Assembly (NCBI RefSeq): GCF_963921235.1
Contig: NC_086097.1
Coordinates: 245,026,001 to 245,090,000 of the forward strand
DNA: 64,000 nucleotides
DNA from: Mobula hypostoma
Lineage: Eukaryota
Direction: 5' to 3'
The translations under genes and the position numbers were made by a program. Within the stretch, counting starts at the first letter, position 1; each line of letters starts with the position of its first letter. The notes under the pieces were generated by a model. It did not search any database. It was given only the letters and a program-made list of their open reading frames with translations, and was not told the DNA's origin. Of this stretch, positions 61,452 through 64,000 are shown piece after piece.

Positions 61452-63145
61452 ATTTACAGTATAGGCAACCTGGGTTCAATTCCCACCACCAGCTGTGAAG
61501 AGTTTGTGCATTCTCTCCATAATCATGTGGTTTTCCTCCAGCTTTCCTCCCACAGTTGAAAGGTGCATCAGTTGGTAGGTTAATTGGTCATTGTTAATCG
61601 TCCCATGCTTAGACTAGGATTAAATCAGGGGATTTCTGGGCCATGCAGCTCGAAGTGCTGGAAAAGCCCTCAATAAATCAGTCAATCAATAAGTAAGAGT
61701 CAAAAGTCATGTTGCAGGTTGACTTGGAGTGCTGTGCAGATTTTATTGTCACATTACAGGAAGAATATGGAAGCTCTGGAGTGGGCGCTGAAGAGTTTCA
61801 TCAAGATGTTTTCTAGATTAAGGATCCTTGGTTTACAAGGAGAAGTTGGACAAACTTGGACTGATTTCTCTGGAATGTTGGAGATTAATAGAAAAATCTG
61901 AGAGGCATAGCTAGGTGAAGAATATTGGAGCTTGGAGAGGCAGACAGTTGCTTGAAATCTGAAACAAAAAATATTCCAGAAAATATCCAGTGTTGTCCCT
62001 CTGACTCCACCAGGAGTTCATGCTAGACAAAGAAACAATTTGAACAAAAGTTTAATGCAACTCAGTCTTGTACTTAAATCTCATAAAGCATACAAGAATT
62101 CAATTAACCTTGATAACTTTCTATGACCTTGAGTGTATCTTGCTACTCAGCATGTTAAATCATAAAATGTCTTACTTGGACTCTGATACTGATGCAGGAT
62201 GAACTAGCCTGGTTTATTTTGATGGGCTGCAGTCATGAGTTTTGAAGTGGAGCCCCAGGGCTGCGCTCAAACGTAATTGTTCACCAGTTGCTGATGTACT
62301 CTGTTTGCTTTTTTTGTTTTTACACCAATCTTTCACAGTGCTACAGTTCCATATGCCAACTGTGCCTGTCAGCACAGAAAAGCGGGACGTTATTTGTGAT
62401 TAAATTGTTTTCTTGAGTGAGTATCATGACTAGTCTAACCATCGGTTTAAACAAGACAATGTAAGTGGTTCAGCATGGACTAAATGGGCTGAAGAGCCTG
62501 TTTTTGTGCTGTAGTTTTCTATGACTATTCTGCTGTTTTAACCTTGACCCCTGTTATATCTTATTACTGACATGGCAACAAATTGTTCCGACCGCTGTTG
62601 AGACCTGGATACCATGGGAAATTTTTAGTTTCTTATCTCATACAACCAAATGGTCCCTATCTTGCTGGTTCCAAGACTGTTAGCCTTTTCACACTTTGAG
62701 CACAGCACTGAGAATAATGAAGCCTCGCAACTGTTTCCTTTCTTCATGAGGTTTAGTTTCAATTTAATTGCTGATGGGTGGCCTCTCAAGACTTTCCATC
62801 TCTCAATTCTGTGTGCAGTCATGGGTTAAAGGGCCCTTGCCTGTGTTCTACTGTTCTATCTATCAATAAGTACAGAAAACATCCTTCTAGTTAAGCAATC
62901 AATTCTCTATGATTTATAGAACACAACATAGAACAGTACAACAGATTATAGGCCCTTCAGCCCAAACTTCGTGCTGATCTTTTAACCTACTCCAAGGTCA
63001 ATGTAACACTTGTCTTCACATGGCTCTCCATTTTTCTATCATTTGTGTGGCTATCTAAGAGTCTCTTAAAAGTCTTAATGTATCTGCCCATACCACCATC
63101 CCTGTCTGAATGTTCAGTGCACCCACTTTGTGTTTGCTATATGTA

Positions 63146-64000
63146 TCTATATACTAAAATTCTCATGCTCTGTTTGTCTGTTTGTGACTTCCAATTAGCC
63201 CAAACGGTGCATTACAGCGGCACTTTTTTTTTTGACTAAATCGACTTAAAATGTGCTAACTTACAGAATGCATGCAAAGTTCAGGGTTATATATTCGTAT
63301 AAAATTGCTCACTCGTCAATCAACAGGCCCTGCTTTCCACAACCCAAGCTGATTCCACCTTCCCTGGAAACCGCGATGCAACACCACGACGCATGCACAC
63401 GGCCAGCCTCAGCAGCCCCTCATGATGCTCACAGCAGCAAAAGGGCAGGGCTGTCACGTCCATTTAGGAGAGCGCCAACCACATCATCAAGAAAAATCAG
63501 CATCCCGGAGGCTTTGGTGTTACTGCTTCGTATCTTCTATCAAGCATCAGGGTAAAAAAAAAAGTATGGACAACCTAATTATGCTGCGTGGAAAGGGAAA
63601 GAGAAGGGGGTCATTATGGTCAAGAGATGATGCCAAACGTCGTCGGGAAGCGGCAAGGAGAGGGAGAGAACAACAATCGGATGAGGCCAGGGTCGCACGA
63701 CTCCAGGATCAGAGAGAAAGAACAAATGGTAGAAGAGATGAAGAGGCGAAGGATCAAAGGGCTGCACACCTCCAGAATGACAAAAACAGGCAGAGAAGGA
63801 GGAGAGAGGAAGAGACAGAGGAGAAAAGGAAAGATCAACTGGAGAATATGCGGTGAAGAGTACCCTATTGAATAATGAACAAAGAGAAGTATATGAATAT
63901 ATGTGCAACTGCTTGGAAAGGAATCTCTCTTTAATAATTTTCATTGATGCGCCAGGAGGAACGGGCAAGACATTTATCATCAACTTGATCCTCACTAAAG
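63146..64000 (+). mobile_element. Helitron 5' part, internally deleted (runs off the window)
   Basis: A|TCTATATACTAAAA 5' terminus; charged R/E-rich N-terminal repeat (RREAARR...RVARLQDQRER); PIF1 helicase Walker A IFIDAPGGTGKTF at ~63937-63975. Confidence 0.88.

Overview
Repeat-rich vertebrate genomic DNA, probably from a cartilaginous fish (inferred only from the CR1/Rex1/Penelope/tRNA-SINE mix). One host gene is present: the 5' part of UBP1 (LBP-1a, CP2/LSF-Grainyhead family) on the + strand, with a CpG-island promoter near 21.3-22.0 kb and coding exons 1-4 at 21836-21948, 34058-34209, 49656-49732 and 58513-58618. The gene continues past the window. Most of the remaining sequence is transposon-derived: a decayed endogenous retrovirus, CR1, Rex1, RTE and Nimb-like LINEs, Penelope elements with minimal hammerhead ribozyme motifs, Tc1, hAT and Harbinger DNA transposons, SINEs and a Helitron. 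The standout is a Gypsy LTR element at 16008-19959 (- strand; LTRs, PPT, PBS-like site and 5-bp TSD visible). Its RT/RNaseH/integrase region is replaced by an intronless, near full-length copy of the host Sin3-HDAC corepressor gene SUDS3, fused in frame to the element's protease. This copy is now pseudogenised. Also notable are two inverted composite hAT elements, each carrying the same CR1 fragment, that bracket UBP1 exon 4. All family assignments come from motif recognition by eye; no database search was run. Boundaries of decayed repeats are approximate unless a TSD or TIR is quoted.
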